Positions 28,250 through 37,550 are shown, counted from the first letter of the stretch. The stretch: 64,000 nucleotides of DNA from an uncultured Eubacteriales bacterium (GCA_900546695.1 URDX01000009.1:1271-65270), one strand, 5' to 3'. Made by a program: numbers and translations. Notes: generated by a model from the letters alone, not told the origin.

Positions 28250-28369
28250 ATTTGCATATTTACATTGTCGGCTGCATGCACCGCCGGGCGGCACGCGCGG
28301 TTGTCGATTGCTTAGGTCGGCGAAATGCGCCGCGCTGATGCACTGTGATGCGGCTTCCGACTGCTTTTA

Positions 28370-29374
28370 TCAGCCCTCGGTACTGAGAGCGGTATACTCG
28401 TCGGACGGAACCTTAATTCCGAGCTGCTCGCAGATCTCGGGATTGTAGTACTTAACAAAGCTATTGCTGTACTCGATAGGCATTTCGGATACCTTGGATT
28501 CACCCTTGAGTATCTTTACAGCCATTTTACCGGTGGTCTCGCCGAGCGACTTATAGTCGATGGAGAGGGTAGCAACACCGCAGTTGGAGCAGATACCCTG
28601 CTCACCTGCTACTACGGGGACCTTTGCCGGAACGGTTACGTTCGCGATAGCCTTGCCGTTGGAAGCAGCGGTGTTATCGGTCGGGATATAGATTACGTCG
28701 CTCTCGTCGCATGCTGTCTTGGTTACCGATGCAACGTCGTTAGTGTCGGTAAAGGAGTAGGGCTTAACGGTGTAGCCGAGGTCCTTAAGGTAGGGGGTGA
28801 TGGTGTCTATCTGATACTTGCTGTTAGGCTCTGCGGAGCAGTAGAGAAGACCGACATTCTTTGCATCGGGGAACCACTCCTTGATCATAGCAGCCTGCTG
28901 ATCGAGCGGAGCAAGGTCGGATGCGCCGGAGATGTTTCCGCCGACGGTGCCTGTCCAGTTGCTTATCTGGAGCGCGGTTGCGTAATCGGTGATGGAGGTA
29001 CCGAGAACGGGTATGGTCTTAGTTGCGCTTGCCGCTGCCTGAAGCGGTGCGGTAGCGTTTGCGAGAATGAGGTCAACGCCGTCCGAAACGAAGCCAGAAA
29101 TGATGGTGGTGCAGTTGTTCGATTCGCCCGATGCGTTCTGATTGATTATCTCAACGTTGTCCTTGCCGAGACCTGCCTCGACAGCCTCGATAAAGCCCTC
29201 GGTAGCAGCGTCAAGAGCGGGGTGCTGTGCGAGCTGGCATATACCTATCTTGTACTTGCCGTTCGACGCAGACGCGCCGCTTGCCGTAGTCTCTGTTGTT
29301 CCTGTGTCGGAGCTGCATGCACACATCGTTCCGAGTGTTGTGACTGCAAGCAGTGCCAAAAGAAATCTCTTCAT
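28370..29374 (-). CDS. ABC transporter substrate-binding lipoprotein (ABC_sub_bind/PF04392 type; putative Trp/Tyr transporter family)
   Basis: Start at the ATG at 29374 (MKRFLLALLAVTTLGTMCACSS, a lipoprotein signal) with a GGAGGG RBS. KIGICQLAQHPALDAA and the overall layout fit this SBP family. Confidence 0.8.
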   Translation of the reverse strand: MKRFLLALLAVTTLGTMCACSSDTGTTETTASGASASNGKYKIGICQLAQHPALDAATEGFIEAVEAGLGKDNVEIINQNASGESNNCTTIISGFVSDGVDLILANATAPLQAAASATKTIPVLGTSITDYATALQISNWTGTVGGNISGASDLAPLDQQAAMIKEWFPDAKNVGLLYCSAEPNSKYQIDTITPYLKDLGYTVKPYSFTDTNDVASVTKTACDESDVIYIPTDNTAASNGKAIANVTVPAKVPVVAGEQGICSNCGVATLSIDYKSLGETTGKMAVKILKGESKVSEMPIEYSNSFVKYYNPEICEQLGIKVPSDEYTALSTEG

Positions 29375-29487
29375 GATCGAATCCCTCCGTATAAAAATGT
29401 TCATGAATATTTATGTGTATCGGGCGATGCCCGTTACAACCTCTCTCATGCCGCATACGCGGCGCAGCTCGCGCTCAGCCGAACGCG

Positions 29488-29540
29488 AAAAATGATAAAA
29501 ATGATAAAAATATAAGCGGCTGCGTCTTATGACGAGCCGC
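29488..29540 (-). terminator. Intrinsic terminator inside the 5' leader of the ABC operon (candidate attenuator)
   Basis: Minus strand: GCGGCTCGTC-ataa-GACGcAGCCGC (29540-29516), followed by TTATATTTTTATCATTTTTATCATTTTT. It lies about 140 nt upstream of the SBP start. Confidence 0.6.
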
Positions 29541-29563
29541 TCTGCCTTAACCGTGTGAAGGTA

Positions 29564-29665
29564 TTATGCGGCCCTGTGAAAATAATAATATCGGTAAGCC
29601 TCAAAACGCGCATAGGTATAGACCGAGCCGACAAAATTTCTCTGTGCGAAAAACGCTCCTGCCAT
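29564..29665 (-). CDS. Candidate 33-aa Tyr/Phe-rich leader peptide
   Basis: Manual translation gives MAGAFFAQRNFVGSVYTYARFEAYRYYYFHRAA. AGGAGG lies 9 nt upstream of the ATG at 29665. The TAA stop (29566-29564) is 23 nt upstream of the terminator stem. 11 of 33 residues are Tyr or Phe. Confidence 0.45.
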   Translation of the reverse strand: MAGAFFAQRNFVGSVYTYARFEAYRYYYFHRAA

Positions 29666-29749
29666 TTCAGTCCGCCTCCTGTCGTATTTTTTCGGGCTCC
29701 GAAAAGCCGCATCGGAAAGGAAGAAAGTTCCTATCCCTTACGATTGCAT

Positions 29750-29778
29750 ATTTTATCACTTTATCCTGCAAAAGTCAA
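29750..29778 (-). promoter_or_regulatory. Sigma-A type promoter for the ABC importer operon
   Basis: Minus strand reads TTGACT (29778-29773), a 17-nt spacer, then TGaTAAAAT (29758-29750). Confidence 0.55.
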
Positions 29779-29921
29779 TATATTTTTTCAATTTTTTAAT
29801 ATTTCCTGCAAAAATAATCTTCCGACGCGTCAGATAACATAGCAGACGGCATATCACCTCACGTCATAAGATTCGCAACACTCTGCATCAGTTGCTCACA
29901 TATCTTGTAAATGCCGTTACA

Positions 29922-30743
29922 TCACGCCTGCATCAAGCGCTCGCATATCGCGCGAAAGCCGGGGTTATCCGAAGTTGTGATATACTCTATCCCGCCCTGT
30001 GCGCGCGTGTCGGTACACATGCCGAGCGATTCGAGTCGGCGCGCCGCTTCAGCCGCCGTTCCGCGGCAGCCGTCGTAAAACCTCGCATGCGTGAAAAATT
30101 CCGCGATGGCTTTTCCTGCATGCGGATAGTGCGTACAGCCGAGCACGACCGCATCAAAGCTCTCGCACGGCTCGTTCATCGAAGCAAACAGCGAGCGGAG
30201 ATACCCCCGCAGCAGCTCTCCGTCGGTGTGACCCTCTTCTATCAGCTCCATAAGCCCTGGGCAGGGGAGCAGAGTTACGGCTGCGCCGGATTCGTAGCGC
30301 GAGAGCAGCGCGCGGAATTTCGGCTGACGCAGCGTCAGCGACGTTGCCATGATAAGCACGCGGGGCGTACCCGGTAGCGCGCAGGCGGATTTGATTTCCG
30401 GCTCGATGCCTATTATCGGTATGTCGGGATGCAGCTCGCGAAGACGCTTTGCCGCCGCGCCCGTCGCCGTGTTGCATGCGATGACAAGCTCCTTGATATG
30501 GTATCTGTCGATTAAAAAATCGACGTTTTCCTCGGTAATCCGTCTGACCGCCTCGCGCGTCTTTGTGCCGTACGGTGCGTTTGCTTCATCGCCGAAGAAA
30601 ACATAGCTCTCATTCGGCATTACCCGCACGAGCTCGCGCAGCACGGATATCCCGCCGACGCCCGAATCGATTACCGCTATCGGTGTGCGGCGCGCGGTTT
30701 CCCGTGCGGAATCCTCATTTATGGTTATACATTCATCAGTCAT
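29922..30743 (-). CDS. murI: Glutamate racemase
   Basis: IAVIDSGVGGISVLRE, FGDEANAPYG, VIACNTA and VLGCTHYP. Confidence 0.85.
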   Translation of the reverse strand: MTDECITINEDSARETARRTPIAVIDSGVGGISVLRELVRVMPNESYVFFGDEANAPYGTKTREAVRRITEENVDFLIDRYHIKELVIACNTATGAAAKRLRELHPDIPIIGIEPEIKSACALPGTPRVLIMATSLTLRQPKFRALLSRYESGAAVTLLPCPGLMELIEEGHTDGELLRGYLRSLFASMNEPCESFDAVVLGCTHYPHAGKAIAEFFTHARFYDGCRGTAAEAARRLESLGMCTDTRAQGGIEYITTSDNPGFRAICERLMQA

Positions 30744-30913
30744 TACAGTGTCCGTTTAAAGCCCCGACGGGCTGTATTTTCTCCCGTATTCTATCATTAT
30801 ATGTATTGTTTGTCAAGGGCGCGACGGGCGGTGGCGGCATGAGCGTGCGGGCGGGGAGCGGGCGTGCGGATAATTTTATAATAAAAATATGTGTGATAAA
30901 ATCGCCGAGATTG

Positions 30914-30943
30914 TTGACAGGCACGGAAGGGATGTGCTATACT
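30914..30943 (+). promoter_or_regulatory. Candidate promoter for the GH95 gene
   Basis: TTGACA (30914-30919), an 18-nt spacer, then TGcTATACT (30935-30943). Confidence 0.45.
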
Positions 30944-31003
30944 GACAGCAACATTTCATTTTTGAAAGGATTGCCCCCGTCGCGGCGGGCAAAGGTCATG
31001 GTT

Positions 31004-33646
31004 ATGAAAAAACTGAGAACGCTGTATTTCTCACCCGCAGAGGACAGCTATTACGGCTGGGAGACCTATTCCATACCGATAGGAAACGGCTACCTCGGCG
31101 CAAATATCTTCGGCAGGACCGATCGCGAGCGCATTCAGATAACACAGAACAAGTTCGTCGATAAGGATTCGCTCGGACTTACCGATTTTGCCGATCTATA
31201 TTTCGAGCTCGGACATGAGGATGTCAGCGGCTACCGTCGCTGGCTCGATATCGACAATTCGCTCTCGGGCGTTGAGTACGACTGCGCAGGCGTTCATTAT
31301 ACCCGCGAGACCTTCGCGTCCTATATCGACCGCGTCATCGTAACGCGCCTTGAGGCATCCCGCAGCGGAGCGCTCAGCTTAACATATAAGCCCGAGTTCC
31401 TGTACGTGCGCGATTATTCGAGAGAGCCCGGCGACGGCTGCGGAAGAACCGCAGAGATAAGATGGGACGGCAGCAGAATGATTGCAAAGGGTCAGATAAA
31501 CTACTACCGCATTCAGTATGCGGCGATATCCGACCTTGAGACCGACGGTACCGTTACTGCGGTCGACGGCGGCATCAGAGTTGACGGCGCAAGCTATGCG
31601 GTCGTTCGCTTCTGCACCGACACTAACCTTGACCTTCGCCCCGAGGTATTCCTTGAGGATGACCCGTCAAAGAAGCTTATTTACCGTGACATGGAGTCCG
31701 AGGTCACCGCTATGGCGGATCACGCCGCATCCGTCTCTTACGATGAGCTGCGCAGCCGTCACATCGCCGACTATCGCACCATCTACTCCCGCGCGGAGTT
31801 CGAGCTCGATTCTCCCGACGACGTTTACGAGGCAGAGACGACCGAGCTTATCCGCCGCTATCTTGCGGGCGAGAAGATACCGTATCTTGAGATGGTATAC
31901 TTCCAGTTCGGACGTTATCTGCTCATCTCCTGCTCGCGCCCGGGCTGTCTGCCCGCAAACCTTCAGGGTGTGTGGAACGGCGCAGAGAACGCTCCGTGGG
32001 GCGCAGGCTATTGGTTCAATATCAATGTTCAGATGAACTACTGGCCCGTGTTCAATACGAATATGGCAGAGCTTTTCGGCGCGTTTGCCGACTATTTCGA
32101 GGCGACCGTTCCGAACGGTCACCGCAAGGCGAGCGAGTTCGTTCTCGAGAACAATCCCTCTCAGTATGAGGAGGGCGAGGGCGCATGCGGGTGGGCTATC
32201 GGTACGAATAACTGGGCGCTTGAGACGTCGGGTCCCGACCGCTGCGGCGGTCCCGGAAACGGCGGTCTTGCGTCTAAGCTGATGTGGGACTACTGGGACT
32301 TCACACGCGACAAGACTGTGCTTGAGAGATATACCTACCCAACGCTCAAGGATGTAAGTAAGTTCTCGGTAAAGGCTGTGCGCAAGTACGGCGACGAATA
32401 CCTCGTAGCACCCTCCGTATCGCCCGAGCAGGTCATCAACGGCGCATGGGTCGGCGGCTCCTTCCCGTATGTTACGGTCGGCTGCGCATACGACCAGGAG
32501 ATGGTGCATGAGAACGGCAAGGACTTTCTCCGCGCGGCGGAGCTTCTCGGTAAGGACGGTCCCGAAGAGAAGCTTCAGCGCGAGCAGATAGACCATTATT
32601 CCCCCGTTCTTGTCGGATGGTCGGGACAGGTCAAGGAGTTCCAGGAGGAGAATTTCTACGGCGAGATAGGCGAGTGGTGGCATAAGCACCTTTCGCACAT
32701 GATGGCTATCTATCCCGGAAACACCATCAGCGCTGCTACCCCCGTATGGAGAGATGCCGCTGCCGTTTCGCTCCATTATCGCTCCGAGAAGAACATGCAG
32801 ACCGGCTGGTCGGTCGCTCACCGCGTCAACGCATGGGCGAGAACGGGCGAGGGAGAGGAGTGCTACCATTGTCTGCGCTTCCTTATCGGCAGACGTACAT
32901 ACCCCAACCTCTTTGACGCTCACCCGCCGTTCCAGATAGACGGTAACTTCGGCGGCACCGCAGGTATCGCAGAGATGCTGCTCCAGAGCCATGACGGCTA
33001 TATCAATATCTGCCCCTGCCTGCCCGATGATTGGAGCAAGGGACGCTTCAAGGGACTTGTTGCAAGAGGCAACTTCGTTATCGACGCAGAGTGGAAGGAT
33101 TCCACCCCGCACACCGTCAGCGTTCTTTCGCGCGTAGGCGGCAAGGCGGTCATTCACTCGGGTAATATTTCGCTCGCACGAGTAACCGTTGACGGCAAGC
33201 CCGTCGAGACCGAGAGCGACGGTATTGATTTCATTTCCTTCGATACCGAGGCAGGAAAGACCTATCTGCTCGAGGGCATTCCCGCAAAGCACAGAATTAC
33301 CCGCCCGACCGATCTCCGCATCGACCGCGATACGCTTACCATGACATGGAACGGCGCAGATGAGGACGTTACATATACCGTCTACCGCGCATGCGATCAG
33401 TCTAAGACCTATGAGAAGATCGCAGATGGTCTTACCGAGCGCAGCTACACCGATACGGGCATTGTTTTTGCCGATCACGATATCGTTATCTATAAGATAA
33501 CCGCAGTATCCGCAGACGGAACTACCGAGAGTATGGGTGTTCACGACGTTATCAATCACGCTACGCAGAAGCAGATTGACCGTTGGCAGCTTATGCACGA
33601 GGAAAAGGACGTTGCACCGTACTACGATCAGTGGATAAAGTATTGA
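31004..33646 (+). CDS. Glycoside hydrolase family 95 (alpha-L-fucosidase type), no signal peptide
   Basis: Start set at the ATG at 31004 (MKKLRTLYF); 30998 is an alternative. The ORF-track extension back to 30563 overlaps murI and is rejected. The N-terminal segment IPIGNGYLGANIFGRTDRERIQITQNKF and the later NLQGVWN and WHSDYHININVQMNYWP-like segment (WFNINVQMNYWP) fit GH95. Confidence 0.8.
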   Translation: MKKLRTLYFSPAEDSYYGWETYSIPIGNGYLGANIFGRTDRERIQITQNKFVDKDSLGLTDFADLYFELGHEDVSGYRRWLDIDNSLSGVEYDCAGVHYTRETFASYIDRVIVTRLEASRSGALSLTYKPEFLYVRDYSREPGDGCGRTAEIRWDGSRMIAKGQINYYRIQYAAISDLETDGTVTAVDGGIRVDGASYAVVRFCTDTNLDLRPEVFLEDDPSKKLIYRDMESEVTAMADHAASVSYDELRSRHIADYRTIYSRAEFELDSPDDVYEAETTELIRRYLAGEKIPYLEMVYFQFGRYLLISCSRPGCLPANLQGVWNGAENAPWGAGYWFNINVQMNYWPVFNTNMAELFGAFADYFEATVPNGHRKASEFVLENNPSQYEEGEGACGWAIGTNNWALETSGPDRCGGPGNGGLASKLMWDYWDFTRDKTVLERYTYPTLKDVSKFSVKAVRKYGDEYLVAPSVSPEQVINGAWVGGSFPYVTVGCAYDQEMVHENGKDFLRAAELLGKDGPEEKLQREQIDHYSPVLVGWSGQVKEFQEENFYGEIGEWWHKHLSHMMAIYPGNTISAATPVWRDAAAVSLHYRSEKNMQTGWSVAHRVNAWARTGEGEECYHCLRFLIGRRTYPNLFDAHPPFQIDGNFGGTAGIAEMLLQSHDGYINICPCLPDDWSKGRFKGLVARGNFVIDAEWKDSTPHTVSVLSRVGGKAVIHSGNISLARVTVDGKPVETESDGIDFISFDTEAGKTYLLEGIPAKHRITRPTDLRIDRDTLTMTWNGADEDVTYTVYRACDQSKTYEKIADGLTERSYTDTGIVFADHDIVIYKITAVSADGTTESMGVHDVINHATQKQIDRWQLMHEEKDVAPYYDQWIKY

Positions 33647-33711
33647 TTGTATATCGCGCGACCGCTGCTTGGTTTGTGCTTGAAATTTAATAACGCGACT
33701 CCTTGATAAGT

Positions 33712-33760
33712 ACGACCGCCCGAATCACATTTTACGGTGATTCGGGCGGTCGTTATTTTA
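33712..33760. terminator. Bidirectional intrinsic terminator
   Basis: Perfect 17-bp stem, ACGACCGCCCGAATCAC (33712-33728) with GTGATTCGGGCGGTCGT (33737-33753), followed by TATTTTA. Confidence 0.75.
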
Positions 33761-33781
33761 GTTATTGGGTGGATTCAACCT

Positions 33782-35464
33782 TCAGTCCGCGCTGTACAGA
33801 TAGATGCGTGTGCCGTCGCGGATGATGTGTGCGACCGTGTGTGTGTCGTCGCGGAGCGTGTCGCCGACGAGGGTAAGCGGGTGCAGAGAGGAGTCGGTGT
33901 CACTATATAGGTAGTAGAGGTCATACGAGTATATCGCTTCGGCATCGGTGCTGCGCAGTGCTGCAACGGGTGCTTCTTCGGTGCACAGGTCCATCGGGGT
34001 CACTGTATAGCCGCGCGGTGCGCGATAGCGTGTTGTGAGCGAGCCTGCAAGCGACCAAACGGATGCGGCGATAGTCTGAACATGCTCGTGATAAAGGTAG
34101 TTTTGCGATTCTGTCGCGCTGTGTGTGCCGACAACGGCAATTTTCAGCTTACCGTCCGGCGCATTTGCGGCAGCTGCCGACCATTCGCTGTCCATCGCTG
34201 TCAGCGTATCGGTCAGGCGCTCGCCGTAAAGATAGCTCTCGCGGTAATCGTGCAGCTCGGAGAGCGAGCCGAACAGGAACACAAGCGACATCAGACCGCA
34301 AACTGCGCCGTACGCAATCCGTCTGCCGCGAGCGGGCAGCGGGCGGCAGAGCAGCCGCAGCACGGCATCGCCGAGCAGACAGAGACCGGGCAGCGACGGC
34401 GTTATTGCGCGCATCGAGAACCACGGTTCGCCGACTATCAGATGCACCGACATCGGCGCAAGTGTCAGCAGTACACCGACCGCAGCCGTCAGCAGAGCGG
34501 GGCGGCGCGAACTATCGGGCTGCTTATCGCTGCAGCGGTACGCGAGGCTGCCGAGAAGTGCGGAGAGCACGACCGCGCAGACGGTAAACAGCAGCTTTCC
34601 GTCCGACAGTGCGAGCTGCACGCCGCGTAAAAATCCGCGGTAGATTATGCGCGGTGATGCGTCGAGTATTGCTTCCTTCATCTGACCGAGCAGTGTCGGA
34701 AAGACATAGGTATGCCACCAGCTGTTCGTCGGCAGCACCATCGAAACTCTTGAGCCTGTTGCGCTGTCGGGCGCGGCAAAGTGAGCGCAGACTGCGAAAT
34801 ACAGCATGACAGCAGGGATAAACGCAAGACCGAGCAGGGCGCGCGGTGTGCGTTTCTTTCCGATAAGGTGCGATGCGGCGATCAGAACCGTCACCGTCAC
34901 CGAGAGGGCGAGCAGCTGCTCGTAAAAGCCGACGGATAGCAGCAGTGCGACACAGTACAGCGGCGCGTAGTACCACTTGCCCGTTTCGATGAAGCGGAGC
35001 AGCAGGAGCGCGGAGAGGGCGGTGAACAGCATTGCCGTTACGATGCGGTTTGACGACGATATCCAGTAGGTGCCCTCAAAATTAACGGGGATGAGTATCA
35101 GCGCGGCGGAAAAGGCGATGCCAACGCGAAAATATCTGCCCATGACCGCGCGGAAAAGCTCCGCCGTCAGTGCGAGCATCAGGGCGGTAACGAGCATCGG
35201 CAGCAGCGGACGCATGATGAGCTTTCCCCAGACAAAGATATCGCCGAGTGCGGCAAGCGGACGGGTCGACAGCAAGCCGTTTGCGGTGACGGTGAGCCAC
35301 GGGGATTCGCTCTGCGAGTACAGTATCAGCTGAATGTAATCGTCGAGCTGGAGAAAATACTGTGTGCCGTATGCGGTAAAGCGCAGCAGCGCCGCAAAAA
35401 AGAGCGCAAGGAAAGAATAGATGCGCTCTTTCCGCGTATATTTGCGTGAGATCAGATCTTCCAT
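33782..35464 (-). CDS. Polytopic membrane protein with a C-terminal extracytoplasmic domain (possible GT-C/GtrII-like glycosyltransferase)
   Basis: Start at the ATG at 35464 (MEDLISRKY); the longer ORF-track version overlaps the upstream gene. About 11 hydrophobic segments. The functional call is tentative. Confidence 0.45.
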   Translation of the reverse strand: MEDLISRKYTRKERIYSFLALFFAALLRFTAYGTQYFLQLDDYIQLILYSQSESPWLTVTANGLLSTRPLAALGDIFVWGKLIMRPLLPMLVTALMLALTAELFRAVMGRYFRVGIAFSAALILIPVNFEGTYWISSSNRIVTAMLFTALSALLLLRFIETGKWYYAPLYCVALLLSVGFYEQLLALSVTVTVLIAASHLIGKKRTPRALLGLAFIPAVMLYFAVCAHFAAPDSATGSRVSMVLPTNSWWHTYVFPTLLGQMKEAILDASPRIIYRGFLRGVQLALSDGKLLFTVCAVVLSALLGSLAYRCSDKQPDSSRRPALLTAAVGVLLTLAPMSVHLIVGEPWFSMRAITPSLPGLCLLGDAVLRLLCRPLPARGRRIAYGAVCGLMSLVFLFGSLSELHDYRESYLYGERLTDTLTAMDSEWSAAAANAPDGKLKIAVVGTHSATESQNYLYHEHVQTIAASVWSLAGSLTTRYRAPRGYTVTPMDLCTEEAPVAALRSTDAEAIYSYDLYYLYSDTDSSLHPLTLVGDTLRDDTHTVAHIIRDGTRIYLYSAD

Positions 35465-35585
35465 AATAAATACATTACAGGGCGCTGCCGATGCAGCGGT
35501 CGATGCACTTGCTTCGGTCGGCGCTGAGGGGATAATTTTTTTATGATCTGTCGGTGTCGGATAACCGCAGGTGCATGTGTGACCG

Positions 35586-36434
35586 TCAGTTCTTCGCACT
35601 TGTCAGCTCTTTGACAGCGTCGTCCATATAGTCGACGTTATGTGCTTCAATTCTTCCGCTGTCGCAGAGCGCAGCAAGCTGCGGATCAAACGGCATGCGT
35701 GCGAGCACGGGGATACCGTACTGTGCGGCGAGGCTGTCTATCTTGCTCTTGCCGTACAGCTCGATGTGCTTTCCGCAGTCGGGGCAGACGGCGTAGCTCA
35801 TGTTTTCGACTATGCCGAGCACGGGAATATCCATCATCTCAGCCATGCGGACCGCCTTTCCGACTATCATCGAGACGAGCTCCTGCGGGCTTGTCACGAT
35901 AACGATGCCGTCGAGCGGGAGCGACTGGAATACGGTGAGCGGCACATCGCCCGTTCCGGGCGGCATATCAACGTACATATAGTCAACGTCGCCCCAACGG
36001 ACATCGGTCCAGAACTGCTTTACCGTGCCCGCAATGACGGGACCGCGCCATACGACGGGAGCAGTCTCCTCCTGCAGCAGCAGATTTATCGACATGATCG
36101 GGATGCCGGATGCGGTGCGGGGTGCGTCCATTCCGCTGTCATCGCCCGTTATGCGGATGTCGTGCATGCCGAATATCTGCGGGATAGAAGGGCCTGTAAT
36201 GTCGGCATCGAGAACAGCCGTGCTATATCCGAGACGCTTTGTACCGACCGCGAACAGACTTGTTACGAGCGATTTGCCCACGCCGCCCTTGCCGCTGACA
36301 ACTCCGATAACATGACTGACGTTCGAGCCTGCGTTTGCGGGCGCAAGCAGCGATTCGGGCGCATTCTTAGAGGGGCAATCGGCTCCGCAGGACGAGCAGT
36401 CGTGCGTACATTCGTTATTCTTTTCGTTTTCCAT
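35586..36434 (-). CDS. Mrp/NBP35 (ApbC) family Fe-S cluster carrier ATPase
   Basis: Deviant Walker A GKGGVGKS, an N-terminal CxxC-rich segment CTHDCSSCGADC, and CPDCG later in the protein. Confidence 0.8.
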   Translation of the reverse strand: MENEKNNECTHDCSSCGADCPSKNAPESLLAPANAGSNVSHVIGVVSGKGGVGKSLVTSLFAVGTKRLGYSTAVLDADITGPSIPQIFGMHDIRITGDDSGMDAPRTASGIPIMSINLLLQEETAPVVWRGPVIAGTVKQFWTDVRWGDVDYMYVDMPPGTGDVPLTVFQSLPLDGIVIVTSPQELVSMIVGKAVRMAEMMDIPVLGIVENMSYAVCPDCGKHIELYGKSKIDSLAAQYGIPVLARMPFDPQLAALCDSGRIEAHNVDYMDDAVKELTSAKN

Positions 36435-36511
36435 GACATTTCCTTTCGGCAAATGAAATAATAATGATAGGAGTATTATATACCAAGTGTGCGGATTTTA
36501 CAAGCCCCGCA

Positions 36512-37453
36512 TTACGATTCGAGCCACAATTTTGCAACGCCCATGTATTCGCGCAGGGTGTAGATGAGGGTGCTGCCTATGTTTTCGTCATATGCGGGAT
36601 ATGTTTCTATCTCCCGGCCGAGCGCGCGGGAGAGCATGCGTATTCGCGGCAGATGGTATTCGCTCGATACGCCGACGAGCCGTCTGCCGTCTGTGCCGCT
36701 GCTCTGTGCGGGGGCTGTACTGCCGTCCGATGCTGCGTCATTCGCTGCCGCTCCCGTCTCCGAGCCGCCCGATGTTGATGCGGTCGAGCTGTCCGATTCC
36801 GAGCTGCCAGACGTTGACGCAGCCGCGCCGTCTGATTCCGAGCCCGTCAGGATGGCAAAGGTATATTCAAGGTTTTCGCTTGTGTTTGTCGATCTGTCCT
36901 CGAGCGTTATGCGCTCTTCGGCTATTCCGTGTGAGACAAGATAACGCCGCATCGCTTCCGCTTCGCTTATCGCTTCATTCGAGCCCTGACCGCCCGACAC
37001 GACGCAGTCGGCATCGGGGTAGCGCTCGAGCAGCGACAGCGCGGCATCGAGGCGTGTAGTGAGCGTGCGCCCGGGCTTCTCTCCGCGCACATAGCAGCCG
37101 AAAACGACAACGGTCATCTGCTCGTTCTCGGGAAGAGAATCAAGCCTTGCTTTGCTCGCCGCCGCAGTCGAAAGCGAGTAGGTGAGAAACGCGATATACG
37201 TCGCGAGAAAAAGCGACATTCCCGCAAAAAGCACGCGCCGCAGCCATCGCGGCAGTACCTTATATCCGAACAGCGCAACGCATGCGAGCGTAAAGGCGCA
37301 GAACGGCATGACGAACGCCATTGCCGAGAATCTTGTAACAAAAGTATTGATAAGATATGCACCGAGCAGCAGGGCGGTAATTGCCGAAACGATGAGGTAT
37401 AGATATTTCGGCAGCTGCGGTGCGGTTTTGTCGGTGCTTTTTTCGGTATTCAT
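36512..37453 (-). CDS. YdcF/DUF218-family protein with an N-terminal membrane anchor and a Ser/Thr/Gly-rich insertion
   Basis: VVFGCYVRGEKPG...LDAAL.LL...VVSGGQG.NE.ISEAEAMRRYL...GI.EERI..EDRSTNTSENL. The insertion reads GSESDGAAASTSGSSESDSSTASTSGGSETG. Confidence 0.65.
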   Translation of the reverse strand: MNTEKSTDKTAPQLPKYLYLIVSAITALLLGAYLINTFVTRFSAMAFVMPFCAFTLACVALFGYKVLPRWLRRVLFAGMSLFLATYIAFLTYSLSTAAASKARLDSLPENEQMTVVVFGCYVRGEKPGRTLTTRLDAALSLLERYPDADCVVSGGQGSNEAISEAEAMRRYLVSHGIAEERITLEDRSTNTSENLEYTFAILTGSESDGAAASTSGSSESDSSTASTSGGSETGAAANDAASDGSTAPAQSSGTDGRRLVGVSSEYHLPRIRMLSRALGREIETYPAYDENIGSTLIYTLREYMGVAKLWLES

Positions 37454-37550
37454 GCTGTCTGCCTCCCATTTTTTATTATATTATAGCATGTTTCGCCCCC
37501 GAAATCAAGTCCGGCGGGGTGTGCAGGTGCAACCGACCGCCGATTTTCGC

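Noticed and set aside
29375-29742. A T-box or known riboswitch in the ABC importer leader, expected by analogy with streptococcal trpXYZ-type operons.
   Set aside because: I found no GGUGGNACCGCG-like T-box motif, no Stem I AG-bulge or distal-loop signature, and no other riboswitch core on the minus strand. The leader-peptide interpretation fits better. An Rfam scan is still needed.
30817-30869. G-rich tract (GGGCGCGACGGGCGG...GGGCGGGGAGCGGG) in the murI/GH95 divergent region, considered as a possible G-quadruplex.
   Set aside because: One loop would be about 20 nt, so it is not a canonical G3N1-7 motif. G-runs are expected by chance in a GC-rich genome, and nothing positions it as a regulatory element.
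30563-31003. N-terminal 147-aa extension of the GH95 ORF in the six-frame track.
   Set aside because: It overlaps the murI coding region and the divergent promoter. The GH95 homology starts at MKKLRTLYF, and a promoter and RBS-like AAAGG sit just upstream of 31004.
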